Assembly: GCA_964016885.1 (NCBI GenBank)
Contig: OZ024743.1
Span: 206,460,001 to 206,524,000, forward strand
DNA length: 64,000 bases
Direction of reading: 5' to 3'
Origin: Eledone cirrhosa
Taxonomy: Eukaryota
Every line of letters begins with the position of its first letter. The first letter of the stretch is position 1. Shown piece after piece: positions 23,521 through 36,100 of this stretch. A program made the translations under genes and the position numbers. Below the pieces are notes generated by a model. It did no database searches. It was given only the letters and a program-made list of their open reading frames with translations, and was not told the DNA's origin.

Positions 23521-24166
23521 TGAGGTATATGATTTTTAATGCAATGAAATATCTATGATCGTTGGCAAATCACTGATGAAGGACTCATTTTATAACATGT
23601 TATCCATGTGCAACCTGCAGTATTCTTCTCCCCATTTTTTCACATATATTTACCTAAACTGCGATTCTGTTTTTCTCTCTCTCCTCTCTTACTGCTCCCT
23701 CGTTCTCTCTGTTTCTCTTACTTTCTTTCGCCCCCTCTGTCATGTCAGTTAACACTGACATGACCTCTTCCTCACACTTCCACTCACTCACTCACTGTTT
23801 CTCCCCGTCTCACTTCACCCCGTTCGCGACGAAAACAATTTCCTTCTTTCTTACATTGTATTCATCTCGAAAGGTCTATTTTCTACGCGCTCATATATTC
23901 ACCCAGCTTATGCTGATAGAATAACTATGTAGCTTGTGCCTCTTCCTATCTACGGTTAGCTTTTCTCTTTGTTGTTTACTGTCTCACTCGCTTTACGCGT
24001 TTTAATTCTCCTAATAACTTAATTTAGTTATTATTGCACCAACGTGAGGTATATGATTTTTAATGCAATGAAATATCTATGATCGTTGGCAAATCACTGA
24101 TGAGGGACTCATTTTATAACATGTTATCCATGTGCAACCTGCAGTATTCTTCTCCCCATTTTTTCA
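23521..24166. repeat. ~122-bp near-identical direct repeats (23521-23642, 24045-24166) flanking a CT-rich spacer
   Basis: TGAGGTATATGATTTTTAATG...CCATTTTTTCA twice; visible as twin MIVGKSLM ORFs. Confidence 0.9.
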
Positions 24167-24216
24167 TATATATATATATATGTGTGTGTGTATGTATATA
24201 TCTATATATATATATA

Positions 24217-24251
<35 letters not shown>

Positions 24252-24346
24252 TCAAATATCAGATTAAAGTTTAAGCAAAGAATCGCTGCTTTCACCCTTA
24301 ATGGATCTTCTGAAACTTCGGATTTTAGTCTTCATATTTATTATTA

Positions 24347-24404
<58 letters not shown>

Positions 24405-25213
24405 AGTTTGATGAATAGTCAGTCATTATTTATCCAATTTTTTCTTCTCAATCTGTAGAAATTAACCAGAACAATAATCATTTAAATGGGGTTAAGTTTA
24501 GAATGTAACTTTGAAGAAATAACAGATAAATGTTATTGATATTCCTTAATGAGGAACAGTCAGATAAAATGTATCTAGTCTTTCCTCTTATTCTGTAGAA
24601 ATTAACTAGACAAATAATCAATTAAATGGTGCTAAGTCTAAAAAAATAGATAAGCATTACCAAAATTTCTCCCAGTCCTGACTATCGTACTTTGTGGAAA
24701 TGTCTAACCATTGCATTATCCATGAGGCTTAGATCTTTTCAAGAGACTCCGAATTAATCACCGTTAGTAATGAATTCAAAAGGGGTGATATATATGTGTG
24801 TATGTGTGTGTGGACGTATAAATGTGCATATGTGCACCACAAATATATAAATAGGTATCTGTGTGGGTGTATATGTATTTATATATGAGTGTACATATTT
24901 GTATGAGTAGGTAGAATATGAGTGTACATATTTGTGTGAATATGTAGCTGAATGTGTATGCTTAATATACAATCATAACTTTATTCTATAAATCAGGGGT
25001 GGGCAATGACTGGGTCATGAACACCAGAGAGCTGCACTATTTATTATTGGATATAGTACGCCAGTAACCTTACTCTTCTTCAATTAGAATTTAGAAAATA
25101 TAAAATATAAACTGCATACATAAACTAATAAAATGATTTAATACAAAATTCTTGAAACAAAGTTTTCTTTTAATTTGTTTCTGTACATCACAAAACATAC
25201 CAGAACAAGCAAT

Positions 25214-27574
25214 TTAATGAGACAAATGCAACTGATCACAATTTGTTACAATTTTTTTAAAATCTGGCACAAGGTTGCACAGCATTGGATGCAGGTTTGT
25301 GTCTGAAATCATGGATCTGTTCTTGGATTTGTTTATTTTAAGTCAGGAAAAACTCTGTTCACAGATGTAAGTTGACCCCAAAATAGAAAACAATCTGGTA
25401 GCAAAGCTTCTCAAACATGTAAATTTTTCAAACATATCTTTCAACGAATGATCTGTTTGCATGTCAATTAGTTCAAGCTGTATTTCTTCAGGTACCGCAT
25501 CAACATCAGCAGCGAAAGGGAAAGTTAACAAATTGAATTCAGGCTCAATCTTTTTGAAATCTGTAAACCTTCATTCAAACTCCTCCTTTAAACTCATCAA
25601 CTGCTGCATGATCTTTGAGGAGACGTTTGCAGCCACTTTCTCCTTCCCTAATAAAGAAAACTGGCAGAACTTGCCTTTATCTGCTTGCCTGGAGAACAAA
25701 GTAAGTTTTGCCTGAAAAGACTTGACATGCTTGTATGTAGCGAAATCTGTCCACACCTTGACCCCTGGGTGGCATTTAACGGTCATTTTCTGGGTTATCT
25801 ACTTTCGGGCGTTAACAGGTCTGAGAGTGGATGACCTCAAGTCTTGAGACAGAGGAAGCAACACGGATAAATAGCCTGCCTTAGATCAGGCCAGCAGCAG
25901 TTCGGAGCAGTTCTTAATAGAGTAAACATGTAAAACATTTGCTTTCTACAGACCCTTGGAGTCTTACAGACTCTTACTTTCTCTTACTCTCTCTCTTTCA
26001 CTCAATATCTATCTCTTGGTTTCTCTCCCAACCCAGCCAGTGAAGTTCATGAAGTTTTCTTGGTAAATACGATTTAATTCTACTTTTACAAACAAACAAA
26101 TAACATCCATAATTCCTGTGTATTTTTCGTATAGCTTCGGTGTAAGCTATTTTCAATAAATTAATAATATAGTGGTTTGGTGTTATCGTGGTTCATTTAT
26201 ATATATTCATTTTCTGCGTGATCATCATCTTAATGAACACTTACTTACATGCACACATACAACCTCTGGTCATACTGTATCACATAACAGTGACCACACC
26301 ACACAGCAAGTTATAAGTGAGTACACATTCAACAAACAAATCAATACCACAACACAATCAACTAACATCACGACCTTCAAAAACACATTGCTATATGTAC
26401 ATATCATATGCAAACAGATCCTTTTGCTGCAATATCACATTCAGGTCATTCAGTTTATCAAAAATGTCAACTGCAAACATTAGTTCATATTTCAGGATAT
26501 TTTTGTTACAAAGTCACAAGAAACTCCCTCTATGTCCAGAAAGAGAAGGATTCCTTCTCACAACTCCCATACTCTCTTCAGCACTTTGCCCAGGCTCACC
26601 CACCACACGTTGTTGTGGTAGAGTATATCTCCATGTCTTCAAGTAGAGATTTGAGCTGTCGGTGATTCAATGCCCTTGTTACTACATTTACCACCTGATC
26701 TTCAGTTCAGTGCAGCTTTACACAGGCTTTCTTGGTGCAAAATGTAGTGGGAAGACCACATGGCATGATTGGATAGGCCTTTTCTGATCTTATTTTCAAT
26801 GAGTTTCACCATGCCGACATTTTTTCCTGTTAATGCCTGGGCACCGTCTGCTTGCCAACTTATCCCATGATAAAGCATTTTTATCAACACAATTGACCAT
26901 ATATTGAAACAAATCTTGACCTGTTGTGCTTTTCATGCACTTTAGTGAAAGAAGCTCTTCTGTGACATGAAAATTCTCATTCACTTGAATAAAGATGAGT
27001 AACTGAGCAGTGTCTTGGATGTCAGTACTCTCATCTAGGGCTACAGAGTACCACACAAAATCTTTGGTAGCAGCCCCCAGCTGTTGAATCAACTCGTTAC
27101 TTATTACATCAATGCGTCACACAATAGTCCATCTTGATAATGATATACTTTCAAATTTACCTTTCACTTCAGGGTACACAATACTTGTGCAATCCATCAT
27201 ACATTGTTTTAGAAACCTTCCATCCGAGAATAGTTTGTTGTTTTTACACGATTGTATGCTATAAAGAAACCTGCTTCTATGGCAGTCTCATGATGTGACT
27301 ATAGTTTTATAAACATAATTTTTTGCTTGTTCAGTTTTGTCACAAAATCCATTACCTTTCTCCTCCATTCTTCATCGGACATGTTGAGACTAAAACCCTT
27401 GTGTTTTGTTTAATGATGTTGCTTTAAATTGTACTCTTTCAACACAGTGATTGTCTCTTGACACAACAAACATACCACTTTATTCTCGGCACTGGTAAAG
27501 AAATACTTGCGTAACCAATCTTCTTGGGATACCCAACATTCTTGATCAATTTTGCGCTTTTTAGCAAAAGTCAT
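25214..27574 (-). pseudogene. hAT transposase pseudogene
   Basis: MTFAKKRKIDQEC..VCLLC..KEYNLKQH (BED finger), YSVALDESTDIQDTAQL, HYILHQESLC, GSTYICEQSFS; many lesions. Confidence 0.9.
25736..26395. mobile_element. Solo LTR (660 bp) with 4-bp TSD inside the hAT transposase
   Basis: Ends TGTAGCGA...TTGCTATA (terminal CA apparently mutated); TGTA at 25732-25735 and 26396-26399; removal rejoins LFAYDMY-KHVKSFQAKL. Confidence 0.8.
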
Positions 27575-27668
27575 TAATACGGTCAGAATAAATTATGTCA
27601 CGGCATTGTTGTGGAAATGAAATGCGAATGTCAATAGCTGTGCATGTACAGTTATGTTGTGCCTGTTA

Positions 27669-28518
27669 TCTATATACTACTAAAACTCTGTGATTGTTTG
27701 CTTGTCTATAATGTAATACAGCCAACACGGTGCATAATAGGAAAATACTTTGAAAGGAAGTTGCCCCTGAAATGGGAATACAAATGGAATAAATTGGATC
27801 ACGGGTTCCCAAGATATTAGGTTTTCTGGATACCTTCGTAAATAGAGAGAGAGAAAGATAGAGAGAAATACATAGTGGTTGTGAGAGAGTAGATTGAGAG
27901 ACAAAGAGAGAAGGAGACAGAAAAGGAAAATGAAAGAGAGAAAGAGAGATCTGATGGTATTGTTGAATGAAAATATAACTTCAAAGAAACGAATACAGCA
28001 TTACTGTACCCTGATAAATAGTGTGTAAATCTAAGTGTGTGTGTCTGAATATATATTATATGTAACCGGAAACATTCGGACTTATCTTGCATCTTCGATT
28101 CATTTTGGGCAGAGTCGTTCCACCGTCCACGTGCGGTACATCCGACTTCAGAGTATCAGAGCCTCTCGCAGTTTTGCTTCACACCACACGTCTTCACTCG
28201 ACCACAAACTACTAGCGAAAAGAGCCAGTCAGTAGCCCCTGAACCCTCTTGTGACGTCACTTGTCCGCTCACTTCCAATCAGGCATCCCCCAACTTCCAG
28301 CAATCTACCTCACAGCAGCCCCACAATATATATATGTGTGTGTGTGCCTGTGACCGGTGTATATATTGGTTGCAGACACCCACAGACACACACACATATA
28401 TGGGCCTTCCAGTTTCATTTCACATTATATTTCACATTATATACATGTATGTGTATATTTTAATTATTTAAAACTTATTTTTAAGTGAATGTGACCCAAC
28501 GGGTCACAGGTGGTCTAG
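27669..28518 (+). mobile_element. Non-autonomous Helitron (~850 bp) inside the hAT element
   Basis: A|TCTATATACTACTAAAA 5' end; hairpin TGTGACCC-AAC-GGGTCACA (28490-28508) then CTAG|T; no TSD. Confidence 0.75.
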
Positions 28519-28877
28519 TTTGAAATAAAATGTCCTCTCCAGCCCTCTGTAAAATGTCCTCTCCAGCCCTCTGGTACAAAACATAACAAGATCTAGTCTC
28601 GGCTTAAGTATTATATACGAAAATTTGTTGATTTTTATTATTTTTATTAATTCACCAAATACTTGGCGGGCCGTTGTCCCCCCACCCCCCCTCTATAAAT
28701 AATCCTTTTCACTTCTATAAATACTGGTTTTTACGCAATTAGTCTTGATAATTAGAAACCATCCTAGTGATTGATACATTATTACTAAGCTTCCATAAGT
28801 TTTATACTGTTTTTCTTAATATACTATATTGTTAATATTAAAAGTAACTTAATAATAAGTATTATTAAATTTATAAT

Positions 28878-28995
28878 GAGTTCAAATCCCGCCGAGGTTA
28901 ACTTTACCTTTCATCCTTACGGGGTCAATAAAATAAAGTACCAGTAATGTACTGGGTTTGTTGCTGGCCTTGTGCCAAAAAGTAGAAACAATTAT
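28878..28995 (+). mobile_element. SINE family A, 5'-truncated at the B box
   Basis: GAGTTCAAATCCCGCCGAGG...GTAGAAACAATTA. Confidence 0.85.
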
Positions 28996-29506
28996 TAAAT
29001 TTATAAACTGTGTGTGTGGGTGGTGATAGGAACGTTATTACATTCTCTTTTTTCTTCTACTGGTGTATATATGCTCTGTGAAATTGTAACACTACTGTGA
29101 TTGAAATTTTGATCATTGGATTAAACTTTGAACTGCTTATTACCTATCATATTGCAGACTATAAAATCATATTCAGTTTAAAACTATTTTAGTCTTTATA
29201 CTATTGAATTATCGAACCTGTATACATATATATATATATAATTGCAGCTATATAATTATAATGTGGGTAATAATAAATATTACCCAATTGCAAGTATGAA
29301 AATAGCTCAATGTAAAATAAAAAGTATATTACAGAGCCAAAATACAATGTAAATGACAATCAAAGAGTGTTTAAAACATTTAATCTCTTACGATTGTTTC
29401 ATCCTAACACAAGGCCAGAATCATCGGAGTAGATAACACAGGTCAAACACATATAATATCAGAAGTTTGTCACAAGAACATTAGGAGGATACATAATATG
29501 GGATGC

Positions 29507-29548
29507 TACAAATGTTGATATTTATACTTATAAATATCAACATTTGTA
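29507..29548. repeat. Perfect 20-bp inverted repeat, 2-nt spacer
   Basis: TACAAATGTTGATATTTATA-CT-TATAAATATCAACATTTGTA. Confidence 0.95.
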
Positions 29549-29564
29549 TGTCCATGCCGAGAGG

Positions 29565-29920
29565 TAAGGTGTCATGACAAAACCCTGCCTGCAAGGTGGT
29601 TGTGCTAGTGGCATGACAGAAGGTGCCTGTGGAGTGGTCAGATTGGTGACATGACAAAGAACCTCAAGTCTCCTCTATAAGGTGGTCGTGTTGGTGACAC
29701 TGGTCATGTTAGTGACATAACAATAAACTCCCAGTCCATCCTGTAAAGTGGTCGTGATAGTGAGGTAACAAAAAGTACTTAGTCCAACTTGTAGAGTGGT
29801 CATGTTGGTGACACGACAAAAAGTTCCCAGTCTACATTGTAAAGTGGTCATATTGGTTCCATGATAAAAAGCACTCAGCGCCTGGCGTTAGAAAGGGCAT
29901 CCAGCTGTAGAAACCAGGCT
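29565..29920 (+). repeat. Degenerate ~48-bp minisatellite leading into a family B SINE segment
   Basis: TGTA(A/G)AGTGGTC at 29742, 29790, 29838; then AAGGGCATCCAGCTGTAGAAA. Confidence 0.65.
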
Positions 29921-30539
29921 AGAAATAGTTCAATATGATCATCCTTTTGTTCCTTCGGTAGCTGAGAGAAAACAATCGCTGGAACAAAAGGATGGCATTG
30001 TCATCTACCATGTGGTGTTTTTATGAGGCTGTTTACTTGTAAACAAACCAAATATTAATAATATTATGATATTATAATAATATTATTATTATTCACTCAC
30101 GAGTACATTTTGGTATTCACCATGTTAAGAGCAAATACAAATCTTGTTTTTTAATTTTCGGCAAAGCCGGCCATAAAATCGCTCTGTATGCAAATGAGGC
30201 TAATCAGCTGATGTATACATTTGAAAATACTATGTATTCTCAGCAGTTTCAGACGGTAGCTAACGAGCGATTTCTTAGTCCGAAAAAAAAATATATCACG
30301 TTAGGTGAGAGAAAAAGAGTCTGTCTGAACGAGAATTTCACATGTGCGTGTGTTCGTTTCTGTGTCTGCGTATTTTTCCTAGTTTGTTAATAAAGTTTGC
30401 TGCGTGTTCGAAATGTTGGTCCACACATTCCAACCAAAATGGGGTACTGCTAATTAATTTTCTCTTTTCCATACTCACACAACAGCAGATCCTGCTATTT
30501 TATTATTTTTTTCGGGGTCACCGCTTATAACAAAATACT

Positions 30540-31068
30540 GAGTTGTATGAATATAACAGGAGACTCAGTTGTGTGTATAAAGTTTAATTAACAATTTGAA
30601 GTTATGTAGTGCAGAATTGTTGACATGTCAAGAGTAGACGAAAGAATGAAGTAAAGTTATTTGTTACCGTTTTGAAGTGAGCTCGCAAGAGACCATATTA
30701 GGGTTGCCAGAGAGTTATTAGGGTTGCGAACGCGCCTGGCCGAAGGCCAGCAGCCGAAAGGGCAAATGAGAGGGAGACAGCTTGGAGACAGCTGTCCCTT
30801 TTATATGGTCCCTGGAAGAAGTGACAAAGAAGGCAACCACAACGGGAAGTAACTCCAGCTACTTCCTGTCTCGAGAGCGTTACTCTACTGGTGATGTGAT
30901 CGCCACAACAAGGAAGGCAACTCTTGCTACAAATCCAACTCGTTAACCGGGAGCTCCAAAACTGACGTCCACCACTTCGCTGACCACCCTAGAGAGAGGC
31001 AGACCTGCTGGCCCTTCCGGTCGAGCACTCCCCAGCCTTCGGCCACCGCACACCACACCATACCCACA
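30540..31068 (-). mobile_element. Probable 3' LTR of the Gypsy-like element
   Basis: Minus strand PPT-like AGGGGGGCG then TGTGGG at 31068; TATAAAA near 30800; ATTAAA near 30585; distal end uncertain. Confidence 0.5.
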
Positions 31069-32122
31069 CGCCCCCCTGATCTCAAGGATCAATTTCCCCC
31101 TCGTCCTGCATATGAAAGTCTGCTGTCCAGGTTGGTGGTTTGCGACTTCTTTGCGATCTCCGCAGTGTTGGGGCGGCACTTTGGGTTTCCTGTTCCTCAG
31201 AGTCCGTTGACACAGTAATTCCACAGAGACATTGGGTCGTCGGACTTCACCCTCTCCACGATCTCCTGCATCATGGCCACCGTCCTCTCTCCCACTATGT
31301 CACTCCAAGTCACCCCGCTCGTCTCTTGACCCCGCCCGCTCGTCTCCGCCTACTCATACTTGGGCCCAGTTCTGGAACTTCATTTCCCCTATGGAATACT
31401 AACACGCCGTCCTGTCTCGCCCGTCCTGTCCCAGCGCGGCTCCTCCCTCCAACGCTTCAGACGGCTTCGCAGCCAGTCCATACCCCTGTAAATGGATCGT
31501 GACCTCCGCCGCCGACACTACAGACTCGTCCACTAGGATGTCGTTAATATAGGAATTAGTGGCCCTCTTCATCTTGTCGGCCTTTCCCCAGAATGGTCTT
31601 CAGGCCATGATCTTCGGTGCAGAGCTCAGCCCGAAACCGAGCCTGGTCAGGCAATATGTCCGGCCCTTATACCTGACCAGCTGATACTGCCAGAGCTTCT
31701 CATCTATGTGTAATTGTAAGTATGCTGACTTTATATCGACGATTGCGGAAGCCCCCGTCATGCGTCTCCACTTCACGCAGGGTTTCTCCACAGACATCCA
31801 TGACCTCGCCACCCGTGTGGCATGACACGTGCTCGTTCAGCTCCCGAAAGTCCAGTACCAGCCTCACCTTGTTCTTCGTGGGTTGCACCACCGCCATTAA
31901 CCTCCTCTTTCCAGGGAAGCAGTATGCCGTCCTCAATCCATCTTTCTACCTCTCGCTCCTTAAATGTGTGTTGATAGCAGCCCACTTTGGTCTTCAGTGT
32001 TGGTGGTTCTCCCTTCACTGGAAGGAACAACCCATCGAACACGGCCTTGAAGTCTTTGTCCTGTACAGTGTAAGCAGGATCGCGTACTCACAGTGCGTCG
32101 CCGCCAAACGACCTAAACGGCC
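31069..32122 (-). pseudogene. Gypsy-like LTR retrotransposon pol fragment, truncated by the satellite
   Basis: KVRLVLDFRELN, VDIKSAYLQL, YCLTRLGFGLSSAPKIM, SYINDILV (YIDD mutated); frameshifts. Confidence 0.85.
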
Positions 32123-33193
32123 AATAGATTATTTTAGGTTTTTCGAAAAATAGATTATTTTAGGTTTTTGAAATCAGAAGTAAATATTTCAAAAAAATCA
32201 ATTTTTGAAATATTTCGAAAAGTATAAAAAAAATAGATTATTTTATGTTTTTCGAAAAATAGATTATTTTAGGTTTATGAAATCAGTAGTAAATATTTCA
32301 AAATAATCAATTTTTGAAATATTTCGAAAAGTATAATAAAATAGATTATAGGTTTTTGAAATCAGAAGTAAATATTTCAAAAAAATCAATTTTTGAAATA
32401 TTTCGAAAAGTATTAAAAAAATGGTTTTTCGAAAAATAGAATATTTTAGGTTTTTGATAAAAAAAAAATCAATTTTTGAAATATTTCGAAAAGTAGAAAA
32501 AAATAGATTATTTTAGGTTTTTGATCAAAAAAATCAATTTTTGAAATATTTCGAAAAGTAGAAAAAAATAGATTATTTTAGGTTTTTCGAAAATTAGAAT
32601 ATTTTAGGTTTTTGATAAAAAAAAATCAATTTTTGAAATATTTCGAAAAGTAGAAAAAAATAGATTATTTTAGGTTTTTCGAAAAATAGAATATTTTAGG
32701 TTTTTGATCAAAAAAATCAATTTTTGAAATATTTCGAAAAGTAGAAAAAAATAGATTATTTTAGGTTTTTCGAAAAATAGAATATTTTAGGTTTTTGATC
32801 AAAAAAATCAATTTTTGAAATATTTCGAAAAGTAGAAAAAAATAGATTATTTTAGGTTTTTCGAAAAATAGAATATTTTAGGTTTTTGATCAAAAAAATC
32901 AATTTTTGAAATATTTCGGAAAGTAGAAAAAAATAGATTATTTTAGGTTTTTCGAAAAGTAGAATATTTTAGGTTTTTGATCAAAAAAATCAATTTTTGA
33001 AATATTTCGAAAAGTAGAAAAAAATAGATTATTTTAGGTTTTTCGAAAAATAGAATATTTTAGGTTTTTGATCAAAAAAATCAATTTTTGAAATATTTCG
33101 AAAAGTAGAAAAAAATAGATTATTTTAGGTTTTTCGAAAAATAGAATATTTCAAAAATTGATTTTTTTGATCAAAAACCTAAAATATTCTATT
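32123..33193. repeat. AT-rich 91-bp satellite, ~11 units, last ~49 bp inverted
   Basis: TAGATTATT recurs at 32661, 32752, 32843, 32934, 33025, 33116; first units are longer variants. Confidence 0.95.
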
Positions 33194-36100
33194 ACTGTAA
33201 TACTACTGTATCAAGACCATAGTCACAACTACTGTAAGACCACTGTATCAACACCACAGTCACAACTACAGTAAGACCACTGTATAAACACCATAGTCAC
33301 AACTACTGTAAGACCACAGTATGAACACCATAGTCATAACTACCGTAAGACCACTGTATCATTACCATAGTCATAACTAATGTAAGACCACTGTATCAAC
33401 ACCATAGTCACAATAACTGTAAGAACACTGTATCAACACCACAGTCATAACTACTGTAAGACCACTGTATCAACACCACAGTCACAACTACTGTAAGATC
33501 ACTGTATCAACACCATAGTCATAACTACCGTATGACCACTGTATCAACACCATAGTCATAAGACCACTGTATCAACACCATAGTCACAACTACTGTAAGA
33601 CCACTGTATCAACACCATAGTCATAACTACTGTAAGACCACTGTATCAAGACCATAGTCACAACTATTGTAAGACCACTGTATCAACACCACAGTCACAA
33701 CTACAGTAAGACCACTGTATCAACACCATAGTCACAACTACTGTAAGACCACCGTATGAACAGCATAGTCATAACTACCGTAAGACCACTGTATCAACAC
33801 CATAGTCATAAGTAATGTAAGACCAATGTATCAACACCATAGTCACAACTACTGTAAGACAACTGTATCAACACCATAGTCATAACTACTGTAAGACCAC
33901 TGTATCAACACCATAGTCATAAGACCACTGTATCAACACCATAGTCACAACTACTTTAAGACCACTGTATCAACACCATAGTCATAACTACTGTAAGACC
34001 ACTGTACCAACACCATAGTCATAAGACCACTGTATCAACACCATAGTCACAACTACTGTAATACTACTGTATCAAGACCATAGTCACAACTACTGTAAGA
34101 CCACTGTATCAACACCACAGTCACAACTACAGTAAGACCACTGTATAAACACCATAGTCACAACTACTGTAAGACCACAGTATGAACACCATAGTCATAA
34201 CTACCGTAAGACCACTGTATCATTACCATAGTCATAACTAATGTAAGACCACTGTATCAACACCATAGTCACAATAACTGTAAGAACACTGTATCAACAC
34301 CACAGTCATAACTACTGTAAGACCACTGTATTAACACCACAGTCACAACTACTGTAAGACCACTGTATCAGCACCACAGTAACAACTACTGTAAGACCAC
34401 TGTATCAACACCGTAGTCACAACTCCTGTAAGACCACTGTATCAACACCATAGTCATAACTACCGTAAGACCACTGTATCAACACCATAGTCATAAGACC
34501 ACTGTATCAACACCATAGTGACAACTACTGTAAGACCACTGTATCAACACCATAGTCATAACTACTGTAAGACCACTGTATCAACACCATAGTCACAATT
34601 ATTGTAAGACCACTGTATGAACACCACAGTCACAACTACAGTAAGACCACTTTATCAACACCATAGTCACAACTACTGTAAGACCACTGTATCAACACCA
34701 TAGTCATAAGACCACTGTATCAACACCATAGTCACAACTACTGTAAGACAACTGTATCTACACCATAGTCACAACTACTGTAAGGACACTGTATCAACAC
34801 CACAGTTATAACTACTGTAACACCATTGTATCAACATCACAGTCACAACTACTGTAAGATCACTGTATCAACACCACAGCCACAACTACTGTCAGACCAC
34901 TGTATCAACACCACAGCCACAACTACTGTAAGGCCACTGTATCAACACCACAGCCACAACTACTGCAAGACCACTGATTCAACACCGTAGTCACAACTAC
35001 TGTAAGACCACTGTATAAACACCATAGTCATAACTACCGTAAGACCTCTGTATCAACACCATAGTCAGAAGACCACTGTATCAACACCATAGTCACAACT
35101 ACTGTAAGACCACTGTATCAAAAACACAGTCACAACTACTCTAAGACCACTGTATCAACACCACAGTCACAACTACTGTAAGCCCACTGTATCAACAGCA
35201 TAGTCATAACTACTCTAAGACCACCGTATCAAAACCATAGTCACAACTACTGTAAGACCACTGTATCAACACCATAGTCATAACTAGAATAAGACCACTG
35301 TATCAACACCATAGTCATAAGACCACTGTATCAACACCATAGTCACAACTACTGTAAGACCACTGTATCAACACCATTGTCATAAGTACTGTAAGACCAC
35401 TGTATCAACACCACAGTCACAACTACCGTAAGAACACTGTATCAACACCACAGTCACAACTACTGTAAGCCCACTGTATCAACAGCATAGTCATAAATAC
35501 TCTAAGACCACTGTATCAAAACCATAGTCACAACTAATGTAAGACCACTGTATCAACACCATAGTCATAAGACCACTGTATCAACACCATAGTCATAAGA
35601 CCACTGTATCTACACCATAGTCACAACTACTTTAAGACCACTGTATCAACACCATAGTCATAACTACTGTAAGGCCACTGTATCAACACCATAGTCATAA
35701 GACCACTGTATCAACACCATAGTCACAACTACTGTAATACCACTGTATCAACACCATAGTCACAACTACTGTAACACCACTGTATCAACACCACAGTCAC
35801 AACTACAGTAAGACCACTGTATAAACACCATAGTCACAACTACTGTAAGACCACTGTATGAACACCATAGTCATAACTACCGTAAGACCACTGTATCATC
35901 ACCATAGTCATAACTAATGTAAGACCACTGTATCAACACCATAGTCACAATAACTGTAAGAACACTGTATCAACACCACAGTCATAACTACTGTAAGACC
36001 ACTGTATCAACACGACAGTCACAACTACTGTAAGACCACTGTATCAACACCACAGTCACAACTACTGAAAGACCACTGTATCAACACCACAACCACAACT

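Larger units (their letters stand above)
24994..28692 (-). mobile_element. hAT (Buster/Charlie, GTF2IRD2-like) DNA transposon with 8-bp TSD
   Basis: TIR CAGGGGTGGGCAA at 24994, degenerate TTGTCCCCCCACCCCCCCT at the other end; CTATAAAT at 24986-24993 and 28693-28700 (nnnTAnnn pattern). Confidence 0.85.

Noticed and set aside
23571-23605. Functional hammerhead in the direct repeats
   Set aside because: CTGATGA is present but there is no GAAA box or sound stem II in either copy
24450-24640. Regulatory direct repeat TCTGTAGAAATTAAC...TAAGT twice
   Set aside because: Short, diverged and AT-rich; most simply an old local duplication
25214-27574. Domesticated GTF2IRD2-like host gene
   Set aside because: Stops, frameshifts, an LTR insertion, and retained TIR/TSD show a dead transposon
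32123-33193. Telomeric repeat
   Set aside because: TTTTAGG occurs only twice per 91-bp unit; no tandem TTAGGG or TTAGG
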